DNA of 53,349 nucleotides, taken from NCBI GenBank assembly GCA_002371755.1, contig DFGM01000082.1:1-53349 (forward strand), written 5' to 3'. The notes below the pieces were generated by a model. It was not told where the DNA came from, ran no database searches, and worked only from the letters and a program-made list of their open reading frames with translations. Position numbers and translations under genes: made by a program. The stretch comes from Verrucomicrobia bacterium UBA3750 (GTDB taxonomy: Bacteria > Verrucomicrobiota > Kiritimatiellia > RFP12 > UBA1067). Below are positions 1 through 9,402 of this stretch, in pieces (position 1 is the stretch's first letter; every line of letters starts with the position of its first letter).

Positions 1-46
1 CATTATTATGGCAAACTGCGCCCCCTTCATGGCCTCAATTGTGCCC

Positions 47-76
47 TTGTGCGTGAGGGCGCGAATATGATATAAT
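47..76 (+). promoter_or_regulatory. Putative sigma70 promoter of hom-aspartokinase
   Basis: TTGTGC (47-52), 18-nt spacer, extended -10 TGaTATAAT (68-76), 51 nt upstream of the hom ATG. Confidence 0.6.
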
Positions 77-127
77 ATGCGCTCTAGCGGCTAAAACCCG
101 CGGATAACGAAGTAAAGGCAAAGCAAC

Positions 128-1423
128 ATGAATGAGATAGGTGTAGGCATATTGGGATTCGGGACTGTCGGCGCCGGCGTGGCTGACGGCCTCCTGAAGC
201 ACCGCGACGTGATGGCGAAGCGTCTTGGCGTGGATATTATCCTCAAGAAGATAGCAGATCTGGATATCACGACGCCGCGCGGCATTGACGTGCCGGATGG
301 GATTCTCACGACAGATGCCGCTTCGGTCATTGCGGACCCCGGCATCAAGATAGTGGTGGAGACGATTGGCGGCACCGGCATTGCCAAGAAGTTCGTGTTG
401 GACGCGCTAAATGCGAAGAAATGCGTCGTGACCGCCAACAAGAAGCTTCTCGCGGAATGCGGAGAGGAAATCTTCGGGACGGCGGCGGAAAACGGCGTGG
501 ACATCTATTTCGGCGCGTCGGTGGGTGGCGGCATTCCGATTATCCGCGTCTTGAGGGAAGGGCTTTCGGGCAACGAAATCGAATCCATCCACGGCATATT
601 GAACGGCACCTGCAACTATATCCTCACCCGCATGGAGAACGAGGCTCTGCCGTTCGATGAAGTCTTGAAGGATGCGCAGAAGCTCGGCTACGCAGAAGCC
701 AATCCTTCGCTCGATATTGACGGCTTCGATACCGCCCACAAGGCGTGTATCCTAGCGTCTCTCGCGTACGGATTCCGTCCGAAACTCGAGGACGTGCAGG
801 TGGAGGGCATAAGGAATCTTGCCGGGGAGGACGTGAAATACGCGGCCGATTTCGGCTACCGCATCAAACTTCTGGCCTATGTCGCCAAGAAGGGCGACGA
901 GGTGGAGGTCGGCGTGCACCCGACCCTCGTGCCTTTCACGCACATGCTTGCCAACGTGAACGACGCGTTCAACGCGGCGATGGTCAAGGGCGACATGAGC
1001 GACTACACCATGTATTACGGGCGAGGGGCCGGGCGCGCACCCACCGCCTCCACCGTGGTGGCCGACATCGGAGACATCGCACGCAACCTCGCTTCGGGCG
1101 AGACGCGCTACGCACGTGCCGTCCCGACATATGGCGAAGGCAAGGTGCATCTCAAGAAGCCGGGCGATATTTCCTCTCGCTTCTATGTGCGTTTCCTCGT
1201 GGCGGACAGGGCCGGGGCATTCGGCACCATAGCTTCCATCCTCGGCAGGCACGGCGTATCGATTTCCGCCGCCTCCCAGAAGGCGGGCAGCATCGGCAAC
1301 CAGCCCGTTCCCGTGGTCGTGCTCACGCACGCGGCGAAGACTTCCAGCCTCGAAAAGGCGCTCGCAGAAATAGAGACCTCCGGCGTCGTAGGCGCCACCC
1401 CGGTCAAGCTCAGGATGATTTGA
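128..1423 (+). CDS. hom: Homoserine dehydrogenase with C-terminal ACT domain
   Basis: GILGFGTVG Rossmann motif, VVTANK, GGGIP, GILNGTCNYIL, GYAEANP..DIDGFD..HK, G.GAG..PTAS; ACT-like C-terminus (DRAGAFGTIASILG). Confidence 0.95.
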   Translation: MNEIGVGILGFGTVGAGVADGLLKHRDVMAKRLGVDIILKKIADLDITTPRGIDVPDGILTTDAASVIADPGIKIVVETIGGTGIAKKFVLDALNAKKCVVTANKKLLAECGEEIFGTAAENGVDIYFGASVGGGIPIIRVLREGLSGNEIESIHGILNGTCNYILTRMENEALPFDEVLKDAQKLGYAEANPSLDIDGFDTAHKACILASLAYGFRPKLEDVQVEGIRNLAGEDVKYAADFGYRIKLLAYVAKKGDEVEVGVHPTLVPFTHMLANVNDAFNAAMVKGDMSDYTMYYGRGAGRAPTASTVVADIGDIARNLASGETRYARAVPTYGEGKVHLKKPGDISSRFYVRFLVADRAGAFGTIASILGRHGVSISAASQKAGSIGNQPVPVVVLTHAAKTSSLEKALAEIETSGVVGATPVKLRMI

Positions 1424-1427
1424 AGAA

Positions 1428-2786
1428 ATGAAAGTATGCAAATTCGGAGGCAGCTCGCTCGCCAATGCGGCGCAGCTCAATAAGGTGATGGATATCGTCC
1501 TTGCGGATCCGGCAAGGCGCATCGTGGTTGTTTCGGCCCCCGGCAAGAGACATTCCGGCGATACAAAAGTCACCGACCTTCTCATAGAACTGGCCGAGAC
1601 TGCGGTCAAAGGCGAAAACACCGACCGCCAATTCGGCGCCGTGGTGGAAAGATACGCCGAAATCGCGCAGGCGCTCAATCTGGGCGAGGATATCATCCGG
1701 GAGATCGAGCACGATCTCATGGATCGCATCGCCAAGGTCGCCGTGCTTTCCAAGCCGGAGTTCTTCGACCTCATGAAGGCGGCCGGCGAGGATAACAACG
1801 CCAAGCTCGTGGCCATCGCCTTTACGATGCGCGGACACAAGGCCCGCTATGCGAGCCCCAAGGATACCGGCATGGTGCTTACGGGAAAGTTCGGCGATGC
1901 CACCCTCGACCCCTCCAGCTACGCCACGCTTTCGCGCGCGTTCAGCAACTTCGACGGCATCGTGATCTACCCCGGCTTCTTCGGCTATACGAAGGAAGGC
2001 AAGGTGGCCACGTTCCCGCGCGGCGGCAGCGATATCACAGGCTCCATCCTCGCAGCCGCCGTATGTGCCGACGTCTACGAGAACTTCACCGACGTCGATT
2101 CCGTCTATCCCGTGGATCCGCGAATCGTCCCTGAAGTCTCCGAAGGCATTCCCACCATGACCTATCGCGAAATGCGCGAACTCGCATACGCCGGTTTCGG
2201 CGTCTTCAACGACGATGCCGTCATCCCCGCCGTGCGCGCGAGAATACCGATCAACATCCGCAACACCAACCATCCGGGCGAACCCGGCACGATGATCCAG
2301 CAGTCGCGCAGGGTGGTGCCGGGCACCGTGGTGGGCATCGCTTCGGCCGACGATTTCTGCAATATCGTGGTGGATAAGTACCTCATGAACCGCGCAATCG
2401 GTTTCGGCCGCCACCTCCTCCAGATTCTCGAGGACGAAGCCATCCCCTACGAGCACATGCCCTCGGGCGTCGATTCCCAGTGCATCGTGGTGAAGGGGCA
2501 GCATCTTCCGAAGGAGAAAGAGCATCGCGTAATCCAGCGCATAAAGCGCGAACTCGATCCGGATTCCGTGCTCGTGGAGCGCGACCTTACCATACTCATG
2601 GTGGTGGGCGAGGGCATGTGCTACACTGCCGGCATGTTTGCCAAGGCCTGCCTCGCGCTTGCTTCCGCCGGTATCAACATCTCCATGGTCAACCAAGGCT
2701 CGAGCGAAGTCAGTTTCATGATTGCCATAAAGCGCAAAGACCGCAGCGAGGCGGTCCGTGCGCTCTATCGCACGTTCTTCGGCTGA
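1428..2786 (+). CDS. lysC: Aspartate kinase with ACT domains
   Basis: KFGGSSLA, VVVSAPGK, TFPRGGSDITG, ENFTDVD, ELAYAG, C-terminal VVGEGM and QGSSEVS; 4 nt after hom. Confidence 0.92.
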   Translation: MKVCKFGGSSLANAAQLNKVMDIVLADPARRIVVVSAPGKRHSGDTKVTDLLIELAETAVKGENTDRQFGAVVERYAEIAQALNLGEDIIREIEHDLMDRIAKVAVLSKPEFFDLMKAAGEDNNAKLVAIAFTMRGHKARYASPKDTGMVLTGKFGDATLDPSSYATLSRAFSNFDGIVIYPGFFGYTKEGKVATFPRGGSDITGSILAAAVCADVYENFTDVDSVYPVDPRIVPEVSEGIPTMTYREMRELAYAGFGVFNDDAVIPAVRARIPINIRNTNHPGEPGTMIQQSRRVVPGTVVGIASADDFCNIVVDKYLMNRAIGFGRHLLQILEDEAIPYEHMPSGVDSQCIVVKGQHLPKEKEHRVIQRIKRELDPDSVLVERDLTILMVVGEGMCYTAGMFAKACLALASAGINISMVNQGSSEVSFMIAIKRKDRSEAVRALYRTFFG

Positions 2787-2805
2787 TTCCCATTGCCGTA
2801 AATGC

Positions 2806-2844
2806 AAAGAAACGCGGGAGCCGAAGAGGTTCCCGCGTTTCTTT
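2806..2844. terminator. Bidirectional intrinsic terminator between convergent lysC and HU genes
   Basis: AAAGAAACGCGGGAGCC-gaaga-GGTTCCCGCGTTTCTTT: 17-bp stem (one G-U pair) with A-rich left and T-rich right ends. Confidence 0.85.
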
Positions 2845-2864
2845 CGTCTTCCTGAAGAAGGAGG

Positions 2865-3173
2865 TTAGCCGAGGATGGCTTCCTTGAAGGCCTTGCAAGG
2901 AGCAACCTTGACAACCTTCTTGGCCTTGATCTTGATCGTCTCGCCGGTGGCGGGATTGCGGCCGGTGCGCGCCGGACGCTTGATGAGCTTCACCTTGCCG
3001 AATCCGGGAAGCATGAAGCCTTTCTCTTCCTGCTTGGCACCCTTGATCGCGAGATCGAGGAGCTTCTCGTAGATGGCGACGGCCTGCTTCTTCGTGACGT
3101 CGCCGGCTTCTGCGAGAGCGGCCATGATGCCACTCTTGTTGGTGGGAACTACTTCTTTCTTCTTGGTAGCCAT
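2865..3173 (-). CDS. HU family histone-like DNA-binding protein (102 aa)
   Basis: Start reassigned to MATKKK (ATG at 3173, AAGGAA upstream); LPGFGK..RPARTGRNPATGETIKIKAKKVVK is the HU/IHF arm signature. Confidence 0.92.
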   Translation of the reverse strand: MATKKKEVVPTNKSGIMAALAEAGDVTKKQAVAIYEKLLDLAIKGAKQEEKGFMLPGFGKVKLIKRPARTGRNPATGETIKIKAKKVVKVAPCKAFKEAILG

Positions 3174-3227
3174 TGTGGTTTTCCTTGTTTTACTCCGCAA
3201 GAACTCTTCTTGCATCGTTTGGCGCAT

Positions 3228-3256
3228 AATATACCAATATTTTCGGCGCTTTGCAA
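3228..3256 (-). promoter_or_regulatory. Putative promoter of the HU gene
   Basis: Minus strand TTGCAA, 17-nt spacer, TGgTATATT extended -10. Confidence 0.55.
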
Positions 3257-3399
3257 GCACAAAATGCAAAAACCCCTGTATTTTGCGCGATAAACCGTTC
3301 TTGACACCCCAAAACGCCCGCAAACCGCGCGTTTTCCACCCCTCGCGCACCTTCAGCGCAGATGATGCCGTCCCATGAAAAGCACTCTTTGAAAGGGGG

Positions 3400-3429
3400 T
3401 TGCGCGGTGACGCGGCAATATGGTATAAT
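3400..3429 (+). promoter_or_regulatory. Putative promoter of the Tad operon
   Basis: TTGCGC (3400-3405), 18-nt spacer, TGgTATAAT (3421-3429), 30 nt before the cpaB ATG. Confidence 0.65.
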
Positions 3430-3459
3430 ATTGGCACAAACTGCGAGAAAGAGCCAAAT

Positions 3460-4245
3460 ATGAAAAATGTCGTACCTCTCATAATGGCAGTCGTTCTGGG
3501 CCTTGCCGCCGTATATGGCGTCACGAGGCTCATATCGTCCAATGCCGCCGAAGAAGAAAAGAAGTTCGTCAACGTGGTCGCGGCCGCGCGCGATATCGTC
3601 TACAAAGACGGCGAAATCAAGGATTCCTGGATAAAGAAGAAACGCGTCGAGATTTCTTCGCTGCCTGCGAAGGCAATCCTCTGGAAGCAGGCCAACATGG
3701 TGATTGGGCAGACGGTGACGCGCACCGTGGCGCGCAACGACTATATTCTCACGAGCGATATTTCCGGCGTGGACGTGCGCCTGGCGAATGCAGTGGGTGC
3801 GGGCGAGTGGGCGGTGCCCGTATCGTTCGCGGATAGCAAGCTCGTCAAGTTTTTGAAACCGGGCGACGAAATCGCGATTATGTGCGCGAGTTCCATCAAG
3901 AAGGTCGTCTCCAGCCGCGACCAGAGCCTGAAATCGACCGAAGTCAAGCAAGATACGATGAGCGTCCTTTTCCCGTGCGTGAGGATACTTGACGTAGGGC
4001 GCGGCGATGCATTGCGGCGTTCCGAGGATGTGAGCGGCGAGACGATCATTCTCGCTCTCACCCCGCGCCAGGCGATGACGATTGTGGCTGCCCAGCGCGA
4101 GATGGACCTCTATCCCGCCCTGCGCAGGGCAAACGATGCTAACGCGCTCCGCCGCCGCGACGTCGGCATGGTGGACGAAAAGACTTTTCAGGAACTGAAG
4201 CAGAACCTCGAAACCGTGGTTCTGCCTGACGGAACCGAGAAATAA
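3460..4245 (+). CDS. cpaB: Flp pilus assembly protein CpaB/RcpC (SAF domain)
   Basis: Start at MKNVVPL; N-terminal TM, VVAAARDI SAF motif, AVPV....FLKPGDEI, VRILDVG, IILALTPRQA; first gene of a tad cluster. Confidence 0.85.
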   Translation: MKNVVPLIMAVVLGLAAVYGVTRLISSNAAEEEKKFVNVVAAARDIVYKDGEIKDSWIKKKRVEISSLPAKAILWKQANMVIGQTVTRTVARNDYILTSDISGVDVRLANAVGAGEWAVPVSFADSKLVKFLKPGDEIAIMCASSIKKVVSSRDQSLKSTEVKQDTMSVLFPCVRILDVGRGDALRRSEDVSGETIILALTPRQAMTIVAAQREMDLYPALRRANDANALRRRDVGMVDEKTFQELKQNLETVVLPDGTEK

Positions 4246-4268
4246 ACAAAAACGAAGGAACAAAAGAC

Positions 4269-5906
4269 ATGAAGAAACTCATCATGGTTTTGGCTTCCGC
4301 CGTTCTGGCCGGCATGGCTTGGGCGAGGGGAGTCGAACAGATATCGGTTGTCGAGAACGAAATCGCGACAATCTCGGTGCCGTTCGGCATCACGAGCTAC
4401 CTCCCCTCCAACAAGGACGTGGTTCGCATCGAAGAACTCTCCAGCACGTCGCTCCGCATCACCGCCCTCAGGCGCGGACGCTGCGACCTCGAAGTGCGTG
4501 GCGACAAGGACCTCTCCCAGAAGTACGAAATCACCGTGCTCGGCGACCTCGCAACCACGCTCGACACCCTCTCTTCCGAGCTTGACCAGGTGCAGGAAGT
4601 CCGTGCGCGCATCGTTGGCGATTTCATCCGCATCGACGGCGAAGTGAGCGCCATCCAGAAGTGGGAATATCTCCAGAAGGTTCTGCGCAACTATCCCGGC
4701 GTCGTGCGCAACTTCGCGATCTTCACGCCCGGTCCGGACGTGATGCTCCGCCTCAAGGATACGCTCCTGGAAGCCGGTTTCAAAGTTTCCTTCCAGTCTC
4801 TCGGCAAGGACCGCAAGGCATGGCCTGCGAACACGATTTCGCTTGTGCTCAACAAGCAGACGCAGATCATGACGGTGCAGGGCCGCGTATACACGCCCGA
4901 GCAGCAGGCCAAGGTGCTCGACTGCCTCTCCACCGAGCGCTGGCTCGTCACGAGCCTCAAGCCGGCGGAAGACGCGTCCACCGACGACGAATACAAGATC
5001 CGCACGCAGTTCGACGTGTTCGTGGACAAGCCCCAGATTCGCGTGAGCGTGGCCTATCTCGCCGTCGGCGAAACCGACCTCAAGGCGATCGGCAACCAGA
5101 ACGCGAGGACCCGTGACGGCGTCTTCAACATGGGCGGCGTCTTCGATATTCTCACCGACCTCATACACGGGCATACTGGCCCAAGCACTGGTTTGGGTTC
5201 AAGCAAGATGACAAACCAAGGCAATGGCCGCCACGCGGCTGTCGGCGCAAATCTCTCTCTGACCGCCAACTTCCTCAAGGACAACGGCATCACCCGCATG
5301 AGCGACACGGGCTACACCGTGATGCAGAGCTGGGACAAAGAGGGGTCGCAGTTCAAGAGCGGCGGCAAGAAGTATATCGCCGTGGCCGGCATCAACGTGG
5401 GTGAACTCAAGGAAATCGAGTACGGCTTCGTTCTCAAGACTCAGGGTGGCGTCGTGCCCGAGGGCGATGCCGTTGAAATGCTTCTCGATCTTAACATCTC
5501 ATCGCCTGTCGACGGCGGCAACGGCGAATGGGACCAGAGCGAGGAATTCACCAGGCAGCGCGTTACTCTCGAACTCGGCAAGACCACATTCCTCGGCGGC
5601 GTAAAGTTGCTCGACGAATCCCGCATTTCGCCTTCCGGCATTCCCTACCTCCGCAACACCCCGCTCCTCAGCTGGTTCGTCTCCGATTCCGGCCACGACA
5701 TCTCCGACCGTCGCCTCGTGTTCATGGTGTGCCCCGAGCTCATCGACAATACGACCGGCGAGAAGATCGACACCAAGGCCGAAATCGACCTTCCTGTCAC
5801 CGTCGAGGGCGCGAAGACCACCGAGCAGCGCGAGAAGGAGAAGCTCGAGAAGCAGTATCCTTTCGGCGGCGGTCTCTGGAATCCGCTCAACTGGTTCGTA
5901 TTCTGA
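4269..5906 (+). CDS. cpaC: Tad secretin CpaC/RcpA-like
   Basis: Signal peptide; N-terminal Ig-like pilus domain (SNKDVVRI..LRITALRRG); BON-like region; secretin-like C-terminus (QIRVSV..., EYGFVL, LELGKT..LGG, SGIPYLRNTPLLSWF, RLVFMVCP); position between cpaB and the ATPase. Confidence 0.8.
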   Translation: MKKLIMVLASAVLAGMAWARGVEQISVVENEIATISVPFGITSYLPSNKDVVRIEELSSTSLRITALRRGRCDLEVRGDKDLSQKYEITVLGDLATTLDTLSSELDQVQEVRARIVGDFIRIDGEVSAIQKWEYLQKVLRNYPGVVRNFAIFTPGPDVMLRLKDTLLEAGFKVSFQSLGKDRKAWPANTISLVLNKQTQIMTVQGRVYTPEQQAKVLDCLSTERWLVTSLKPAEDASTDDEYKIRTQFDVFVDKPQIRVSVAYLAVGETDLKAIGNQNARTRDGVFNMGGVFDILTDLIHGHTGPSTGLGSSKMTNQGNGRHAAVGANLSLTANFLKDNGITRMSDTGYTVMQSWDKEGSQFKSGGKKYIAVAGINVGELKEIEYGFVLKTQGGVVPEGDAVEMLLDLNISSPVDGGNGEWDQSEEFTRQRVTLELGKTTFLGGVKLLDESRISPSGIPYLRNTPLLSWFVSDSGHDISDRRLVFMVCPELIDNTTGEKIDTKAEIDLPVTVEGAKTTEQREKEKLEKQYPFGGGLWNPLNWFVF

Positions 5907-5938
5907 GCCGGTACTTCTCCTTAATATAAGGTAAAGAG

Positions 5939-7588
5939 ATGACAATACTTGCCACGACAGCTGAAGGGACGCGCGAATACCAGGTCGAAGACGGCCGGGA
6001 ACTCACGGTGGGGCGTCTGAGGGAATCGGATATCCCCATTGCCGAGCGCGATGTATCGCGCAGGCATGCGGTCTTCACCTGCCGTGGCGGCAGATTGTTC
6101 GTGAAGGATGTCGGCAGCCACTGCGGCACCTTCCTCAACGGCAGGCAGCTGGCGGAAGAGGCGGAAGTCGCCGAGGGCGACAAAGTTCGCATCGGCTCGG
6201 CCACATTCTCCCTCCCCGCTTCCGCGTCTGCCGCGGGTCCGGCGAGTGCACCCAGCGTGGATGCGACGCCGGACTTCCTTTCGATGTTCAAGGATGCGAC
6301 GATGCTCTATTCCGACAGGATGATGGAGCTAAAGTCGCGCATCCACACTGTTATTCTCACTCGGCTCAACGCCACTGAAAACGCGCTTTCCCAATCCGAC
6401 GACAAGGATCTCGTATATCGCGCGGAGCAGTGCTTGGACCAGGTGATGCGGGAGTTCCGCCACGAGTTCCCGAATGATATAGATATGGGGGCCGTGCGCC
6501 AGTCTCTGGTGGACGAGCTACTCGGTTTCGGTCCTCTTTCCCCCATGATTCGCGCCAAGGAGGTGTCGGAAATCATGGTGAACGGTCCCGACAGGATTTT
6601 CGTGGAAAGCCGGGGCAAGATATACGAGACGGGCGTGAGGTTCTTCAACGAGCGCCATTTGATACAGATAATCCAGCGCATCGTCGAGCCGCTGGGACGC
6701 CATGTGGACGATGCAAGCCCGATGGTGGACGCACGCCTTCCTGACGGCAGCCGCGTGAATGCAATCATTCCGCCTCTTGCGCTGGATGGTGCTTCGGTCA
6801 CGATACGAAAGTTCGCAGACCGCAAGCTCACGACGGACGATTTGATTTCCTACGGTTCGATGACGAAAGACATGGCGCTCTTCCTCGAAGAGGCGGTAAA
6901 GGCGCGCCAGAACATACTCGTCTCGGGCGGAACGGGCAGCGGAAAGACGACTCTTCTAAACATACTCTCCCAGTTCATTCCCGAAGGCGAGCGCATCGTG
7001 ACGGTGGAAGACTCGGCGGAATTGAAGCTTTCGCACCGCAATATCGTGCGTCTGGAGGCCCGCCCCGCCAACACGGAAGGCAAGGGCAGGGTGGCGATTC
7101 GCGACCTCGTGGTGAACTGCCTCAGAATGCGGCCTGACCGCATCGTCGTGGGTGAATGCCGCGGCGCGGAGGCTCTCGACATGCTCCAGGCCATGAACAC
7201 CGGCCACGACGGATCGCTTACGACGGCGCATGCGAACAGTCCGCGCGACTGCCTGACCCGCTTGGAGAACATGGTGATGATGGCCGGCTACGACCTTCCC
7301 TCTTCGGCGATACGCGAACAGATTGCCTCGGCAGTGGATCTTATCGTGCAGCAGACGCGCATGGGGGACGGCTCGCGCAAGATTGTCAAGATAGTGGAAG
7401 TCACGGGGCGCGAGGGAGATGTGATACAGATGCAGGACGTCTTCGAGTTCCGTCAGACCGGGGTGGACAAAGGCGGCAGGATCGTAGGCGAATACCAGGC
7501 CACCGGCAACATACCGTACTTTATCGACGAGCGCCGCAGGCGCGGCGTGCTTTCGCTGGACATGTCCGTATTCGTGCCAAAGGTGTGA
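5939..7588 (+). CDS. cpaF: Tad pilus ATPase CpaF/TadA with N-terminal FHA domain
   Basis: FHA motifs VGR, VSRRH, GS.cGTFLNG; ATPase motifs EIMVNG, DARLPDGSRVN, Walker A GGTGSGKTT, TVEDSAEL, LRMRPDRIVVGECRG, MNTGHDGS.TT.HAN. Confidence 0.93.
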   Translation: MTILATTAEGTREYQVEDGRELTVGRLRESDIPIAERDVSRRHAVFTCRGGRLFVKDVGSHCGTFLNGRQLAEEAEVAEGDKVRIGSATFSLPASASAAGPASAPSVDATPDFLSMFKDATMLYSDRMMELKSRIHTVILTRLNATENALSQSDDKDLVYRAEQCLDQVMREFRHEFPNDIDMGAVRQSLVDELLGFGPLSPMIRAKEVSEIMVNGPDRIFVESRGKIYETGVRFFNERHLIQIIQRIVEPLGRHVDDASPMVDARLPDGSRVNAIIPPLALDGASVTIRKFADRKLTTDDLISYGSMTKDMALFLEEAVKARQNILVSGGTGSGKTTLLNILSQFIPEGERIVTVEDSAELKLSHRNIVRLEARPANTEGKGRVAIRDLVVNCLRMRPDRIVVGECRGAEALDMLQAMNTGHDGSLTTAHANSPRDCLTRLENMVMMAGYDLPSSAIREQIASAVDLIVQQTRMGDGSRKIVKIVEVTGREGDVIQMQDVFEFRQTGVDKGGRIVGEYQATGNIPYFIDERRRRGVLSLDMSVFVPKV

Positions 7589-7592
7589 GCCG

Positions 7593-8492
7593 ATGATAGA
7601 TTCGACGCTTATCGTATACATACTTGCGTTCAGTGCCACGGCTGCCGCCGTGGTTGCGTTCTGGAATACGTTCGTGGAGGCGGCTGCCGCCCAGGCCGAG
7701 CGCAAGGATGCGACCCGCGCCTCGGAGCTGCAGCTCCAGGAGTTCCACAATCCGATGGAGCGTTTCGTGAAGCCGGGCCGGCTCTTCCGTCTGCGCCTTA
7801 TATTCGCCTTGACTCCGGCTGCGATAGTCTTGGGAATACTGATACTCGCCAAGTTCACCCACCCTGCGGCGCTTATCGTAGCTCCGGCGATATTCCTGGT
7901 CGCGGGTTCGTTTTTGCCGGTTTTATATTTCAAGGGCAAGGTGCGCAAGCGCCAGCTCGATTTCGAAACATCGCTCCTCGACCTTACGATCGGCATCGGC
8001 AACGCCCTGCGGGCGGGCATGGCGCTGCCGCAGGCGATAGAGAAGGTGGGCGAGCAGTTCAAGGGCGCAATGCGCGAAGAGTTGCTTATCGTGCTGCGCG
8101 AATACAGGCTGGGCGTAGACCTCGTCAAGGCGTTGGACCGCATGGCAACGCGTATGCCGTGCGAGGATATGAAGTTGCTCGTGAGCGCCATCAAGCTTAC
8201 GACGGATTCCGGCGGCTCGCTGGCTTCGGTGCTTACCGAGATGACCGCCATGATACGCGGCAGGCGCGAGTTCGCCGACAAGGTGAAGGCGTTGACGGCG
8301 GAGGGGCGCTTCGAGGCGATTGCGATGGCGTGCGCCCCCGTGGCGGCATTCATCTTCCTGCATCTCATCCAGGCCGAACTGATGCGCCCGCTCTACACGA
8401 CCGGCGTCGGCTGGATTACCATCGGCGTGGTGGTGGCTCTTGAGGTGGCGGGCTATTTCACAATCCGCAAAATCGTTTCGGTGGAGGTGTGA
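7593..8492 (+). CDS. tadB: TadB inner-membrane platform protein (T2SS F family)
   Basis: TM segments; LRAGMALPQA, EYRLG, GGSLASVL, VKALTAEGR typical of TadB. Confidence 0.88.
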   Translation: MIDSTLIVYILAFSATAAAVVAFWNTFVEAAAAQAERKDATRASELQLQEFHNPMERFVKPGRLFRLRLIFALTPAAIVLGILILAKFTHPAALIVAPAIFLVAGSFLPVLYFKGKVRKRQLDFETSLLDLTIGIGNALRAGMALPQAIEKVGEQFKGAMREELLIVLREYRLGVDLVKALDRMATRMPCEDMKLLVSAIKLTTDSGGSLASVLTEMTAMIRGRREFADKVKALTAEGRFEAIAMACAPVAAFIFLHLIQAELMRPLYTTGVGWITIGVVVALEVAGYFTIRKIVSVEV

Positions 8493-8494
8493 GC

Positions 8495-9385
8495 ATGGAC
8501 GAGAAGTACATCATATACTGCATCGTGTTCATGGCAATCTTCCTGCCGGTTCTTTGCTGGCGCAGGGACGAGTTTGTCGATCGCTCCATTCCCGCCGGCG
8601 ACTGGTCTCGCCTGCCCGGTCTTTTCAAGCTTCTGTGGAAGCCGTCATATGTCCTTGAGCCGTCGGTGGGTTCGATGTTTGCGCGCTTCAGCCCCAGGGC
8701 TGCGAAGCACTATGCGGATCTTTCGGAGATTGCGGCATTGCCGCTCACCGGTGCGAGGGTGTTCGTCTGCAAGGTTATCTGCGCGATATTGTTTGGCCTC
8801 TTCGGGTCGGTTTTCTTCCTTTTGCCGGGCACGCCAGAGGGTGTGCCGGAGGGCGCGATAATCGTCTTGACGCTTCTCGGCTGGATGATTCCTTCGATGG
8901 CTCTGGGCGGCGTGGCGCAAAAGCGGCAGGAGGAAATCATGCGCTCGCTTCCTTTCGCCATCGATCTCATAGGCGCGGCGATGAGGTCGGGCCTCGAGTT
9001 CGGCGCGGCGATGCGCTACTACACGAATCTCGGCGATACCGGGGCGCTGGGAGACGAGTTCGCGCATGTTTTGCGCGATACATCCCTTGGCAAGCCCATG
9101 GTGGAAAGCCTGCAGGACATGGCTTCGCGGCTCAAACTCAAGACTTTCAGCGCATTCGTGGGCGTGGTTGCGTACGGCACTGAAATCGGCGCATCCATAG
9201 CCGATACCCTCAAGGTGCACGGGGCGGAAATGAGGCGCGAGAGGTTTTCGCTTGCCGAGCAGAAGGCCGCGCGCGCACCGGCCCTCATGATATTCCCGAT
9301 TGCGCTTTTCATCTTGCCTGCCGTGTTTCTCATCATCTTCGTACCTGTGATGCTGCAGTTCCTTGCCACGCAGGCCAATACCTAA
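8495..9385 (+). CDS. tadC: TadC inner-membrane platform protein (T2SS F family)
   Basis: LPFAIDL....SGL, GASIADTL, AEQKAA...MIFP..LFILP typical of TadC; alternative GTG start at 8489. Confidence 0.88.
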   Translation: MDEKYIIYCIVFMAIFLPVLCWRRDEFVDRSIPAGDWSRLPGLFKLLWKPSYVLEPSVGSMFARFSPRAAKHYADLSEIAALPLTGARVFVCKVICAILFGLFGSVFFLLPGTPEGVPEGAIIVLTLLGWMIPSMALGGVAQKRQEEIMRSLPFAIDLIGAAMRSGLEFGAAMRYYTNLGDTGALGDEFAHVLRDTSLGKPMVESLQDMASRLKLKTFSAFVGVVAYGTEIGASIADTLKVHGAEMRRERFSLAEQKAARAPALMIFPIALFILPAVFLIIFVPVMLQFLATQANT

Positions 9386-9402
9386 CCATTGGCGGAGGAT
9401 CT

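Noticed and set aside
3174-3572. N-terminal 133-aa extension of the HU ORF
   Set aside because: It runs through the divergent promoter region and into cpaB; HU homology, RBS and promoter all point to ATG 3173
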